Source: an uncultured virus (IMG/VR IMGVR_UViG_3300027785_001786) (taxonomy: Duplodnaviria > Heunggongvirae > Uroviricota > Caudoviricetes). Taken from it: a DNA stretch of 64,000 bases. Position 1 is the stretch's first letter, and every line of letters begins with the position of its first letter. Positions 63,821 to 64,000 of the stretch are shown in pieces. The notes beneath the pieces are model-generated. The model worked only from the letters and a program-made list of their open reading frames with translations, was not told the DNA's origin and ran no database searches. The position numbers were made by a program, and so were the translations under genes. Where the stretch lies: the IMG/VR virus record IMGVR_UViG_3300027785_001786. One strand, written 5' to 3'.

Positions 63821-64000
63821 TTATGCTACTTTGAGTAGGATAGTATCTTCGTTAATGCGTCCGTTCATTCGAGTGTCTGTGGCGTTGATATCTTCCAAGA
63901 ACTTACGCAACTGTACCTTGCCAGCGGCTTTGAATTCCTTGAGCTTGTCCTCAGGCTTGCGAACAGTCTTTTGTACACTGGTATTCTCATTAAATCCAGT
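63821..64000 (-). CDS. 3' end of a hypothetical phage protein, truncated by the window
   Basis: Translated by hand: ...TSVQKTVRKPEDKLKEF...MNGRINEDTILLKVA*. Confidence 0.75.
   Translation of the reverse strand, partial: TGFNENTSVQKTVRKPEDKLKEFKAAGKVQLRKFLEDINATDTRMNGRINEDTILLKVA

Noticed and set aside
1..64000. CRISPR arrays, tRNA or rRNA genes, integrase, transposase, reverse transcriptase/DGR
   Set aside because: Coding density leaves only short intergenic gaps. None showed repeat-spacer structure or a cloverleaf by eye, and no ORF has the relevant motifs. A tRNAscan run would be the formal check.
1..64000. Stop-codon reassignment
   Set aside because: TAA, TAG and TGA all end recognisable genes at the expected lengths, and conserved proteins are not fragmented.

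Overview
This window is part of a large, AT-rich lytic dsDNA phage genome (T4-like or jumbo myovirus type), standard genetic code, almost entirely on the minus strand. Spanins, sigma70-type promoters and an ErpA-like gene point to a Gram-negative, probably proteobacterial, host. Contents in order: (1) 1-15 kb, a DNA-modification and nucleotide operon region: RNase H-type flap nuclease, QueE, FolE, a phosphoribosyltransferase, a cupin, a glycosyltransferase, a QueD-like/DpdL T-fold protein, two NAD(P) oxidoreductases, a TGT/DpdA-like transglycosylase, a sliding clamp and UDP-glucose dehydrogenase. (2) A family B DNA polymerase. (3) 18-27.7 kb, probable internal head proteins with capsid-targeting-like N-termini. 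(4) ClpA, Def and DnaJ. (5) A lysis cassette. (6) PhoH, dCMP deaminase, clamp loader, GroES and a stand-alone DnaE fragment. (7) Baseplate and tail genes, including a 4607-aa fibre. (8) ErpA, UvsE and QueD. Main leads: a 7-deazaguanine DNA-modification pathway with no QueC in the window but extra sugar and redox enzymes; a clamp-binding-like peptide shared by the polymerase, DpdA and a nuclease; riboswitch-like pseudoknot leaders on folE and queD; twin same-loop hairpins before the polymerase; and apparently protease-segmented packaged enzymes. All calls come from motif recognition by eye; no searches were run.
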